In this document: in pieces, positions 50,435-62,100 of the stretch
Position numbering within the stretch: the first letter of the stretch is position 1
Layout of the letters: every line of letters begins with the position of its first letter
Assembly (NCBI RefSeq): GCF_018350175.1
Contig: NC_058383.1
Coordinates: 22,942,001 to 23,006,000, forward strand
DNA from: Felis catus
Taxonomy: Eukaryota
Direction of reading: 5' to 3'
DNA: 64,000 nucleotides
The notes under the pieces: model-generated
The model's input: the letters and a program-made list of their open reading frames with translations, nothing else
Told to the model about the DNA's origin: nothing
The model's database searches: none
Made by a program: the position numbers and the translations under genes

Positions 50435-52194
50435 GTCAAATAAATGATGCTAGATCCTAGGTGTGTTTTGGTGTGGGTGTTGAAAGGGGCTTAATAGAGA
50501 AAAAAAGGGGGAAAATGGAAAACATTTGAAAATTTGAAAAAATGAATACAATAAAATAGAATAAAATGAAATGATGGAAGTAAAATAGAATTTGAAACAT
50601 TTACAAAAAAGTAAAAAATATAGTAGAAAAAAATTAAAGAAATATTTTTAATAGAAATTGAAAATAAAAATAAATTTTTCTCTTTCTGTATTCAAGAAAA
50701 AGAAAAGAAATGAAAGAGAGAAAAGAAGAAAATTGAATAGGTGGACCAGTGAACAGACTGAAATACGATTTAAATTACATCGTTTTCAGGGCGCCTGGGT
50801 GGCTCAGTTGGTCAGGCGGCTGACTTCAGCTCAGGTCATGAACTCACACAGTTTGTGAGTTCGAGCCCCACGTCGGGCTCTGTGCTGACAGCTCCGAGCC
50901 TGGAGCCTGCTTCAGATCCTGTGTCTCCCTCTCTCTCTGCTCCTCCCCTGCTCACACTCTGTGTCCCTCTGTCTCTCAGTAGTAAATAAACATTTAAAAA
51001 AAAATAAATTACATCGTTTTCCCCTAGAAGTCAAATTATGAAGCACTTTATAGTCTGTAAACTAAGCAGGCAGAGAGACTCCTGTTCCTGAAGAGCAAGG
51101 TTGGCCCAGTTGGGCAGGGCTTAGTGTAATGGCTCTGTTCTCCACTAGATGGCGCTGCTTAGCTTACTGGGGTGGATTGTTGTGGTGCTTGTAGGTGTGT
51201 ATGCGCATGCGCGGGAGCAGTGAAAATGGCGTCATCCAGCTGCCCAGTCTCTAGTATTGGAACTCTTCTCCCAGATCAACAATTTTGCACCTGTCTCCAG
51301 TTTCTGTCCACGCCATGCTTTTACACTGTCTGTGACCAAGCTGTCACGTTGCCAGGCAGCACCTCCCTCCTGAGTTTTATCTCAGATGCAGCTGTGTTTT
51401 CTGACCCCTCACTTCTGAGGGACTGCGGCTTTGACCTGTTCTGACCCTCTGTGGGAGGGTCTCACTGAGCAATGGCCAGGTGCCAACCCGCACCCAGGAA
51501 CGTTCACAGGACTATGCTGCTACCGATGCCCAGAGTCTGAAGCTGCGTGCCAGCCCACCCCAGAAAAAGTTCACACGATTGTGTAGCAGCAGCATTTCAG
51601 GGACTATGGCAAATCACAACATGATCTGGCACCAGGCTTCACCCCCAACGACCTTGTTCCAGCACCAGCAAATGTGGTTGTTCTCTGTGGTCCACTGGGG
51701 CTTTGCCTGTGGAGGGGGGCCCACACAGCCTCTACCAGATGTCCTCCCAGCAGGGGAACTGCCTCTCCCTGTGTGTCCTAAGAACTTCTTGGACCCCACT
51801 CTGCTCCTGGGGATTCGTCCTTCCCACCAGAGCACTGCCAGTTATTGAGCTGCAGAGTTTCAGACTCTGCACTACCCCTGTTTATAGAGTCTTAATGGAA
51901 TTTAAACCCTCTCCTTTCTCCTTTCTCTCTTTTAAGTTCAGTCCCTGCATCTGTTTCCACTTTCCACTTTCTCTTCAGCTGCTTTTGGGGGGGGGGGTGC
52001 TTTTCCCGTACTCTCCCCCCGTCTCCATCCTCTCTCCACCAGCTCCCTGCCCTCAGCGGCTTCTCTCTACCCCAGTTCACCTCTCCATGCCGCATACCTG
52101 CTGAGTTCTGTGGTTCAGGTTGTGCACATTGTTGTGTTAATCCTCAAATCAGTTTTCTAGGTATGCAGGATGGTTTAGTGTTGGTCTGGCTGTC
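49926..52194 (-). mobile_element. Carnivore L1 5'UTR plus first half of ORF1 (3'-truncated), TSD-flanked
   Basis: Broken ORF1 from ATG 50344 (MTK*RNSPQKKEQEEMTARDL...EFRIAIIRILAG...NIRIIGIPEDE), preceded by a long GC-rich 5'UTR. TSD CATAATAA(T/G)AATGTTTTT at 49908-49925 and 52195-52212. Confidence 0.85.
50789..51004 (+). mobile_element. CAN-SINE nested in the L1 5'UTR, TSD TAAATTACATCGTTTT
   Basis: Direct repeats at 50771-50786 and 51005-51020. Confidence 0.9.
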
Positions 52195-52322
52195 CATAAT
52201 AAGAATGTTTTTAAAAGATGGCAAGCTAGTTGAAGTCAGGGATAACACTTGAAATCAGGTCTATGTCACTATAGGACAGAATAAATTAAGGCTGGATTGG
52301 CTTCTCTTTAAAAATCAAGTTA

Positions 52323-53070
52323 GGGGCACCTGGGTGGCTCAGTTGGTTAAGCATCCAACTTCAGTTCAGGTCATGATTCCATAGCCTATGAGTTCAAGCC
52401 CTGCATTGGGCTGTGTGCTGACAGCTCAGAGCTTGGAGCCTGCTTTGGATTCTGTGTCTCCCACTCTCTCTGCTCCTCCCTAACTTGTGCTCTGTCTCTC
52501 AAAAATAAATAAACATTAAAAAAAATAAAAATCAAGTTAAATTTGGGGAGCCTGGGTGGCTCAGTAGGTTGGTTGAGCGTCCAACTTCAACTCAGGTCAT
52601 GATCTCACTATTCATGGGTTCAAGCCCCCTGAGGTAAAAAAAAAATTTTTTTTTAATTAAAAAATTAAAAACAATAACACACACACACACAAATCAAATA
52701 AATGATGCTATATCCTATGTGTGTTTTGGTCTGCGTGTTGAAAGGGGCTTGACATATTAGAGTAAAAAAGGGGGGGGGGGACATTTGAAAATTTGAAAAA
52801 ATGTGCTGACAGCTCAGAGCCTGGAGACTGCTTAGGATTCTGTGTCTCTTTCTGTGCCTTTCCCCCACTCATTTTCTCTCTCTCTCAAAAATAAATAAAC
52901 ATTACTTTTTTTTTTTAAATCAAGTTACATTTATATTTTTCTCTTTCTATATATAGAAAGTTCCAGGGCACCTGGCTGGCTCAGTCGGTAGAGCATGCAG
53001 CTCCTGATCTCAGGATTGTGAGTTCAAGCCCCACATTGGGCGTGGAGCCTACTTAATTAAAAACAAAAAG
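52323..53070 (+). mobile_element. Three CAN-SINEs (52323-52526; 52546-52905, interrupted; 52966-53070, short type)
   Basis: SINE heads and tails. AAATCAAGTTA occurs three times around the first two copies. Confidence 0.85.
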
Positions 53071-54144
53071 TTCCCTCAGCCCCTTTTTGTTCAATTCCCA
53101 CATAGGCAACTATTGCTCTGATTTATATTACAATAGATTACTTTTCTTGGTTCTTAAACTTTGTATAAATGGTGTCAACAGTATGTACTCTTTTGTATCT
53201 GGTTTCTTTCAGGAATTCAAGTCTGAATTCCTGGTAGAACAAAGATTGGCATCCAAGTCTGCTCTTTCACAAAGCCTACACGCTTACCCACAAAGCTACA
53301 TGTGAGCGGGAGCAACCCTCACCTTCCCAGGTCCCATATGAGGGATGACAAAAAGTCCTTGGAGACAGTTCAACATCTGAGATGTTGGGCAGTTCAACAT
53401 CTGAGATGGTGAGAAAGCCCCACACTTCCTTCTATCAAGATGTTTGTATAAGGTATAGTTGATCCATGTTGTAAAAACTTATCTTGGGTACAGATTGGTG
53501 TTGTCTCTGAACCTCTGTCATGATTAGGCCATATACAACTTCCTTTTTCTCTGGGAGCATCAGCGTCCATATTTATAAAACATACCAAAGTCTATTTCTC
53601 ACTACTGCTGGGGCCATCACTGTGCTCCAGTCTGTCACCATGTATCATTTGGATCATTGCCATGTTCTCCTAACTAGCCCTTCTACAGTCCTATTGTCAA
53701 TATACTAGCCAAAGGGATACTATTAAATTAGAGTCAGATCATGTCACTCTGTTTAAACCTGATAAATCCAGAGCAAAAGCCAAAGCCCTATGGTCACCTA
53801 CAAGGTTCTCCTTGTCTGACCCCTGTTGTCACCCTTTCTCATCTCCTACCACTCTTACTCTGATTCATTCTGCTTCTTTCTCATTGGTCTCTGTGTTGTT
53901 CCTTGGATATGATGAGGTCTACCACTATAGGTAGGTGGGCATTTCTTAGAGAATGTGGTGAGAGTGAGTGAGAAAGGAAGCTTAAAAGGAACCAACACAT
54001 CCCTTTGTTGTCAATACTGTCAACATTACCACTTCTAGGCCACTTAGGAAAAATCAATATGACATGAGACTTATACTGTCCCCTAAGTACACAGACTTTT
54101 TGCCAAAAACAATGGTGTCGTGGTCACGTTTCCTTTCCTTTTCT

Positions 54145-54349
54145 TTTTTTAACATTTATTTATTTTTGAGACAGAGAGACAGAGCATGAATGGGGGAGGG
54201 TCAGAGAGAGGGACACACAGAATCTGAAACAGGCTCCAGGCTCCGAGCTGTCAGCGCAGAGCCCGACGTGGGGCTCGAACTCACGGACCGTGAGATCATG
54301 ACCTGAGCCGAAGTTGGCCGCTTAACTGACTGAGCCACCCAGGTGCCCC
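54145..54349 (-). mobile_element. CAN-SINE
   Basis: SINE signature with TCCTTTTCTTTTTT on both flanks. Confidence 0.88.
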
Positions 54350-55019
54350 TCCTTTTCTTTTTTTCTACCAACATCAATTCCCTTTTTTTTTGGAGTCATC
54401 CTTTAGTTTTCTTTGGAGAACCATTCATCCCCCTTTCCTAGTCCATGTGATTCAAGTTGGGTCGATCCCATTTCTGGCTCTAGGTGTAGCCAATTAGCTT
54501 ATCCTATCACTCAGGTCTTAGTGTTTGGTTCTGGAGTAGGCATGGGCCACAATTTAACCCGATATAAGTCATGCCCACCCAGAGTGTTTTCTAGAAGATT
54601 GCAGAAAGGAAGATTGCACGGGTGAGAGGGCTACTAGCAGAAAGGACTGTGTGATCCAAGAGCTGTGGGGAGTATCACATGGGGCTTGGGAGTGAAGCTA
54701 ACACAAAGAAAAACAGAACTGAGAGATGGAAAGGATTCCAGCCTTGATGATAAAATGTCTCTGGACCCAGGACTACTTTAAGCTGGGTGTATATCCCAGA
54801 CTTGTTAGTTATTTGGACTAATAAATTTGCTATTGTGCTTATAACATTTTGAGTTCAATTTCTTTCACTAGGGACCAGGAGACTCCCAGAAAATATAGGG
54901 GATAAAAGTACTATCCTCCCACTTGGATGGAGTGATGCCATATTTGTATATTAAAGTGAGTGTATTCCATATCCAGTCCCGGATGAAGGATCTACAAATC
55001 TTCTGAGGAACATTTTTCT

Positions 55020-55253
55020 TTTTAAAAAAATTTTTTAAAATATTGATTATTGAGAGACAGAGACAGAGCACGAGCAGGGGAAGGACAGAGAGAGAGGGAG
55101 ACACAGAATCCAAAGCAGGATACAGGCTCTGAGCTGTCAGCACAGAGCCCGATGTGGGGCTCGAACTCATGAACTGTGAGATCATGACCTGAGCTGAAGT
55201 CAGACGCTTAACCGACGTCAGACGCTTAACCGACTGAGCCACCCAGGTGCCCC
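55020..55253 (-). mobile_element. CAN-SINE with internal 18-bp tandem duplication, TSD GGAACATTTTTCT
   Basis: GTCAGACGCTTAACCGAC occurs twice at 55199-55234. Confidence 0.88.
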
Positions 55254-56381
55254 GGAACATTTTTCTATCTTAGATGACACCAGTGAGAGCACTGTGTTAC
55301 TAAAAGAAAAAGGGAATTTGAATTCTGGCAAAAAAGTAGACTGTCCCTGATCCCAGACTTCTTTAGCTATCTCAGTAAGGCCCAAAGTTCACTAAATTAT
55401 CTCCACAGAACCTACAACATTGATGTGAATCAGGTGTATGGTCAGTGGTACTCAAACTTTCAGGCTCATACATATACCATCTAATAGGATGGTAGGGTTC
55501 CAGGATATTATTAGCAAAGTCTTCTATGACCTGCTGGGCTAATGAAGAGTGGTTGCATAATATAAGATCGTTCTTATTTATTAACCAGACCCTAGTTTCC
55601 AATGACCAATGTACTATATCTGTGTGTAGTCTTAGCTAGGGGCAATACATCAATTGTTGTAATATTAGACAAATGCAAATTTGTCTACATCTATCTTCTA
55701 GGACACTTTCTTTCTCCAAAGAAACTCCAAACTTTCTTCCTACTTCTGAAAAAGTTAGCATCATTTTCCTAGTGTAAAAAAATATTCTTTCATTAATAAG
55801 ATTCTTTAAAGATTAAAAGACATACACAGATTACCTGTAATGATGAGGTGGGCTGTTGAAAGCATACAGAAGATGACTATCACAGGGGAGTTCTTGAAGG
55901 AATCTGTTTCTCTTGCCTATGTGGAATCCATTTCACTTTCTACTGGCAACAGAGCCTACATTTTCTTTTAGGGAAACATCAATTCCTACCTGAGCCCATG
56001 TGATGCCAGTAGGAGCCATAACCTCCACACCAATCATAACATTTCTCTCTCTGGCCACATTTGGTTCGGGGAAGGGGATGATTAACAAGACAGCCAATGA
56101 AAACCTTCCCCTGGAGAGAGTTTAGCCAGCATTTTGGCTAACTGAAAAGTCTTGCAAGAAGCTGGCTTTGTATGGTCAGCACCGCGGACAGCAGCAGTTG
56201 CGGGTTTTGCCTTTTATGCAGGAGGTCTCTACTGGGAAGTTGCTCTCCCAAATGCGACTTGCAGCTTTGAAATAGACACAGTAAGAAAGATGAAACAGTG
56301 AAAGTGACCTCCTCCAGCCATGTTATTCAGTTGGTACGGATGAGAGATATCACAGTCTTATTGCCTTTAAAACTAGAAACA

Positions 56382-56835
56382 TACAGTTGATTCTTGATAT
56401 TTGTCCTGGCAATAGTTATGTTCTATAAAGTTGACACAAACATTGAACTAGCAGATACTGAACTATTGTTCCTAAGTGAAATATAAAGTTAGGCTCTTGC
56501 AAGTTTCTTATCATAACATATTCATCAACTGATCAACAAATAACTTTTTAAAATGTGCATTTCTGTTTTAAAGATACCTTATTTAATATATATGAGCAAG
56601 TCATTGACATTGAACTCATGGCCAATGACACTATAACTCATGCATAAATGAAACTTACCCAACACATATATTTTCTCTAAAAGGCACATCACAGCTGTTT
56701 TGTGCTTATCAATACTGGGCAGAATGTCAACACTATACTCGGGAGCCATTTTAAACAGCAAAATCACCAATAAAAAGTATGAAAATGTGAAAAACATGGC
56801 ACTAAATAGACTACAAAAAGAACACTTGTTTATGG
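56382..56835 (-). mobile_element. Tigger-family (MER44/Tigger7-like) DNA transposon fossil
   Basis: TA+CAGTTGATTCT terminus. ORF 56579-56848 contains KTAVMCLLEKIYVLGKFHLCMSYSVIGHEFNVN, resembling the pogo/Tigger CENP-B-type HTH N-terminus. Confidence 0.72.
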
Positions 56836-56859
56836 CATGGGAGCTCAAACAAGAAGGCA

Positions 56860-57335
56860 GAGAAGATGATATCCCAGCTCAAGAAGGAGGAGAAGTTTTG
56901 CCCTTCCTCTGCCTTTTTCTTCTGTTCTGGTTCTCTATAGATTAGATGATGCCTACCCACATTGGTGAGGATGAGCTTTACTCACTTCACCAACTGAAAT
57001 GCTAATCTCTTCCAGAAACACCTTCACAGAAGTACTCAGAAATAATGTTTTACCAGCTGTGTGGGCATCTTTTACCCCCAGTCAAGTTGACACATAAAAT
57101 TATTATTCTGGGGCACCTGGGGGTTGAGAGTCCCACTTTGGCTCAGGTCATGATCTTGCAATTCACAAGTTTGAACCCCACGTCGGGCTCTGTGCTGACA
57201 GCTCAGAGCCTGGAGCCTGTTTCAGATTCTGTGTCTCCCTTTCTTTCTGCCCCCCCCCCCGCCCCCGCCATGATCTGTCTGTCTCTCTCTCTCAAAAAAA
57301 AAAAAAAAACCCATAAAAAAATTAACCATCATTCC
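56860..57335. mobile_element. MLT2-like ERVL LTR interrupted by a CAN-SINE (57109-57310)
   Basis: ctaatctcttccagaaacacc...ccagtcaagttgacacataaaatt...aaccatca. Confidence 0.7.
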
Positions 57336-57449
57336 AAGTCTCAGTAAAAGATACTCAGAGGTTATAGAAGCCAAATCCCATATGGCCCTACCTAATTCAG
57401 TTTGCTCTTCCTTCTCTTGCATCTCTGGTCGATGATTAGGTTACTGACG

Positions 57450-57820
57450 AGACCTTTTCTTTCTTAATATAGACATTTTCAGCTATCAATTTCCATCTAA
57501 AAACTGCTTGAGCTACATCCCATAAATTTTGATGTGTTGTATCTTCATTTTCACTCATCTCAAAGTATTTTCTTTTCTTTCTTTCTTTTTTTTCCCATCT
57601 CAAAGATTTTCTAATTTCCTTTGGTGTTTCTTCTTTGGCCATCAGTTAATTAGGAGTATCTTATTTAATTTCCACATGTTGGTGAATTTCCCACATTTCT
57701 CTCTGTTACTGATTTCTGATTTCACTCAACTATGGCCAGAGAATGTACAATGTAAAATTCCAACCTTTTAAACAAACTGGGAGTTGTTTTATGCCCTACC
57801 ATATGGTCTGTTCTGGAGCC
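57450..57820 (-). mobile_element. Old L1 ORF2 N-terminal fragment
   Basis: ORF 57436-57642 contains KYFEMSENEDTTHQNLWDVAQAVFRWKLIA, the L1 ORF2 QNLWD motif. Confidence 0.8.
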
Positions 57821-58739
57821 CTACATGATTTAGTACCACTAAACCGGTTACCACTCTAACCCTCATATCCTATATTTGCCCCTCATTTACTTGTCTCATG
57901 TTGGCCGTCTTGCTGTTTCTCAAACACACCCAGGTGTGTACATTCCTGTCTCAAGGTCTTTGTGTTGTGATTCCCTCTGCCTAGAACACTTCTTCCTCAT
58001 TTTTGTCTAACTCACTGTTTCACCTCTTCAGATCTCTGCTCAAAAGTCACCTTCCCAGCAAGACTTTGGTGACCACTCTATTTAAATTGCAACCTCCAAT
58101 GTTCTGTTCCCCTTTCCTGCTTTATTTTTGTCCATAGCTCCAATTTTCATCGGACACACTGTATGTTATTTGTTTGTGTCTGTCTTTCTCCATTAGAATG
58201 TAAGCTCCTGAGAGCAGGTTTTATTTACTACTTTATCTTCAGTGTGCAGAACAGTGCCTGGCACACAATAGAATCTCAATATGTATTTTATGAATAAATG
58301 AGTCAATAAAATAATAGAATCAGTTCCAATTTGGGTTATGGTTGGCTTGCCTAGCTCCAGAAGGCTATGCCTGGGGAGAACTGTGTTGTCTCAGGCAGGG
58401 GAAATGCCCAGCTAACTACAGGCTGAACGGTTGAATGCGCCAATAAGAGACAGGTCTGTTTGCATTGACAGAAAAAGAAGAATGGATGTTTAATGTTATT
58501 ATTCTTTCAGGTTGTTTCTATGTTTGAGAAGTTTCATAATAAAATGTTTAGAAAATAAGTAGAGTAGTTAGCAATGTGTTCATTGATCAAATGTGGGCAT
58601 TTTTTCATCTGCAATGAAGTTGATGATCTGTTGTTTCATGGTTTGATCAATAGCTTACTCAACAATTGATTGATATTCACAATGTTGTCAAGTACTTCTT
58701 AGAAAATAATTAATTTAGATTCTCAAGAGGGCGTTTGCT

Positions 58740-59400
58740 TTTTTTAAAAGTTTATTTATTTTGAGAGAGACAGAGACAGCATGAGCAGGGGAGGGGCAGA
58801 GAGTGGGGGGAGAAAATCCAAGAAGGCTCTGCACTACCAGTGCAGAGCCCAATGTGGGGCTCAAGCTCATGAACCGTGAGATCATGACCTGAGCCAAAAC
58901 CAAGAGTTCTATGCTTAACCAACTGAGGCCCCAGGCCCCCGGGAGTTTGCTTTTTCAATAGCTATTAATGTTTTCTCAGCTATCTCTTTTCTTTAAAAAA
59001 TTGAAATGTGCGGCTCCTGGGTGTCTCAGTCTGTTGAGCATCTGACTTTCACTCAGGTCATGATCTTCCTGAGTTCGAGCCTCACATCTGACTCACTGCT
59101 ATCAGTGCAGAACCCACTTCAGATCCTCTGCCCCCCCTCTCTCTCTGCCCCTCCCCCACTCATGCTTGTTCTCAAAAACAAAATTAAGGGGCGCCTGGGT
59201 GGCGCAGTCGGTTAAGCGCCCGACTTCAGCCAGGTCACGATCTCGCGGTCCGTGAGTTCGAGCCCCGCGTCGGGCTCTGGGCTGATGGCTCAGAGCCTGG
59301 AGCCTGTTTCCGATTCTGTGTCTCCCTCTCTCTCTGCCCCTCCCCCGTTCATGCTCTGTCTCTCTCTGTCCCAAAAATAAATAAACGTTGAAAAAAAATT
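58740..59400. mobile_element. Three CAN-SINEs (58740-58940 minus; 59010-59185 plus; young 59188-59400 plus)
   Basis: SINE signatures. Confidence 0.87.
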
Positions 59401-60099
59401 AAAATTAAAATTTTTAATAAAAAATTGAAATGTACTTAAATTTTATTTGATAACATCAATCATTGTAAAAATATTAAGCAATACAGAAAAATGAAAATTG
59501 TGCTTAATAACCACTTGTCTCAGAATCCCACTTTATTATTAACTATTTTGTGTATTCTTTCAGACTTAAAAATTATTATATAAATATATAAAGTGATTTG
59601 TATAACCTAAGTGAGCTTGTATTTTTCTGTAATCTTCTGTTTTCACTTAACTACAAATTATGGTAATATTTCCATGTAAATACATAAAGGAGTATCTTCT
59701 TTTTAATAGCTGCATAGTATTTCATATACTTCTTGATCTGTAGATATTTTTCCTTATCCCATTTAGCCAGTGAGCTTTCATTAAAATATGATGGGAGTAA
59801 GCAAAAATTTAAAAGCATTTTTAAAGTTAAAGTTAAAACATATTTGAAGAGTACCAGGTCTTTTCCAGGTTTGTTCCCCCTAGCTGAATTCAAGATACCC
59901 AATAGAAACTTTCAAATTTTGTTTTCCAAAACTCTAGACCATGATGTCAATGGTGCCCCCTGGTGTTGTGTGGGGCACAACTAATTAATATTTCATTCTG
60001 CTCTGAGTATTAGAAACCATGATTAACAGTGGCTCAAACAGCTGAGTCTAGAGGATGCAACTAAAGCAAGGCTCAGGTGGAAATTTATAACTGTAATGC

Positions 60100-62100
60100 A
60101 TATACTTAAGAAGAATGTTTTTTGATAAGGATACAAAGAAACTAGATCTCTCATACCTGACTGGTGGAAATGTAAACTGGTACTCTGGAAAATAGTTTGG
60201 CAGCTTCTTATAAAACCACACAAGCATTTACCATAAAGCCCAGCAATCACATCTTTGGGCATTGTTTTCCAGAGGAGTGAAGGTATTTTTCAGACAAATA
60301 CCTCTTTATAAATGTTTATAATAGCTTTATTAGTAAAAGCCGAAAACTGGGAATAACCCAAAGGTCTTCAGTAGGTAAATAAACAAACTGTGATACATGC
60401 ATACAGTGGAATACCACTCAACAATAAAAAAGAATGAATAGTGATAAATGTAACAACTTGCTAGATCTCAAGGGCATTGTGCTTAGTGCAAAAAAAAGCA
60501 CATTTCATGTAACATTGCATAACAACTATACTTAAAAATTTTTTTAATTCAAAAAAATCTAATTTCAGAAGGTCACATACTATATGATTCCATCTATTTA
60601 ACATTCTCAAATTGACAAAGCTGTGGGGGGAAATAGAGAACAGATTGATGATTGCTAAAGGACAGGGTTGGGGGTAGGAGAGGGTGAGTGGGACTACAGA
60701 GGGGGCAGCAGGGGGGAGTTCCTTTGTGTATCTTGTGTATCCAATTCTGTATCTTGATTGTGTGCAATTGCACGAATCTATACATGTGACTAAAGTGCAC
60801 AGAATGCCCCCCTCTCTCACACAAAAGTGTATGTTAAAAGTAGTGAAAACAGGGGCTCCTGGCCAGCTCTGTTGGAAGAGCATGTGACTCTTGATCTCGG
60901 GGTCATGAGTTTGAGTCCCACGTTGAATGTAGAGATTACTCAAATAAATAAAACAAAAAAAAGTGATGAAAACGAAATATGGTATGTAGTCTAGTTGCCA
61001 TGCTATGCTAACGTCAGTTTCCTGGTTTTGATATTGTACTTCAGTTATTTAAGATGTCCTCAAAGGTAGAAGCTGGGTGAAAGGGTTCAAAGGCTCTATG
61101 TACTAGTGTTGCAACTCCTTGGGAGCCTTGTGAGTATAATTATTTCAAAATTAGAAGTTTAAAAAAATTTTAAAGCATATTTGAAAATCAATGATCTAAG
61201 CTTCCACCTCAAGAGGCTAAATGAGAAAAACAAATTAAATCCAAAGCAAGTGGAAGGAGGGGCACCTGGGTGGCTCAGCTGGGTAAGAATTTTGACTCTT
61301 GATTTCCACTCAGGTCCTGATCTCATGGTTCATGGGATTGAGCCCTGTGTCAGGTTCTGTGCTGAAAGCATGGAGCCTACTTGGGATTCTCTCACTCCTT
61401 CTCTCTATCCCTCCCCTCGTCGCATGCAGGTGTGTGCTCTCTCTCAAAATAAATAAACATTAAAAAAAAAAAGAGAAGAAAGTGGAAGGAAACAGATAAT
61501 AAAGAGATTTCAATAAAATAATAGATATATGTTATTTCTATAAAATTTTGATGCCTGGTAGTGTAAGTTTTCATTCTTCAAGATTGCTTTGGTTATTCTA
61601 GGTCTTTTGCATGTCCTTTTAAAAAAGATTTTATTTTTAAGTAATCCCTATACTCAGCATGGGACTTGAACTCACAACCTTGGGTTTAAGAGTCACATGC
61701 TCTACTCTAAGTAAAATAAGCCTCCTAAAAAAGAAAAAAAAAGTCACATGCTCCACTGACTAAGCCAGCCAGATGCCCCAGCATGTCCTTATTAAGTTTA
61801 GAATTAGCTTGTCAAATTCCACAAAAGAACCTTCCTGTGATTTTGATGGGCAACATGTTGTATCCATAGACCAATTTTACGAGAACTGGCATTACAACAT
61901 TTTCTCTGTACTAATGAGTGTTCTAACCATGAAGATTTATTAAGATTTCATTTGTTCAAATTTTAAAAATTTCTTTCAGCAATATTTTGTAGTTTTCAGC
62001 ATAAAGGTCTTATCTATCTTTGTCAGATTTATTCCCAAGTATTTGATGGGTTTGGTGCCATTAGTTTTGTTTTTTAGTTCCATTTTCTACTTGTGTGTTA
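60100..62100. mobile_element. Degraded L1M fragments with nested SINEs (60852-60960, 61259-61475, 61620-61780)
   Basis: L1 3'-end motifs (ctctggaaaatagtttggcag, tatgattccat) and SINE signatures. Confidence 0.65.

Noticed and set aside
1206..59374. Many ORFs sharing AQSLEPASDSVSPSLS or GQRETEHERGRGRERGRHRI
   Set aside because: These are translations of CAN-SINE copies, not a gene family or repeat-spacer system.
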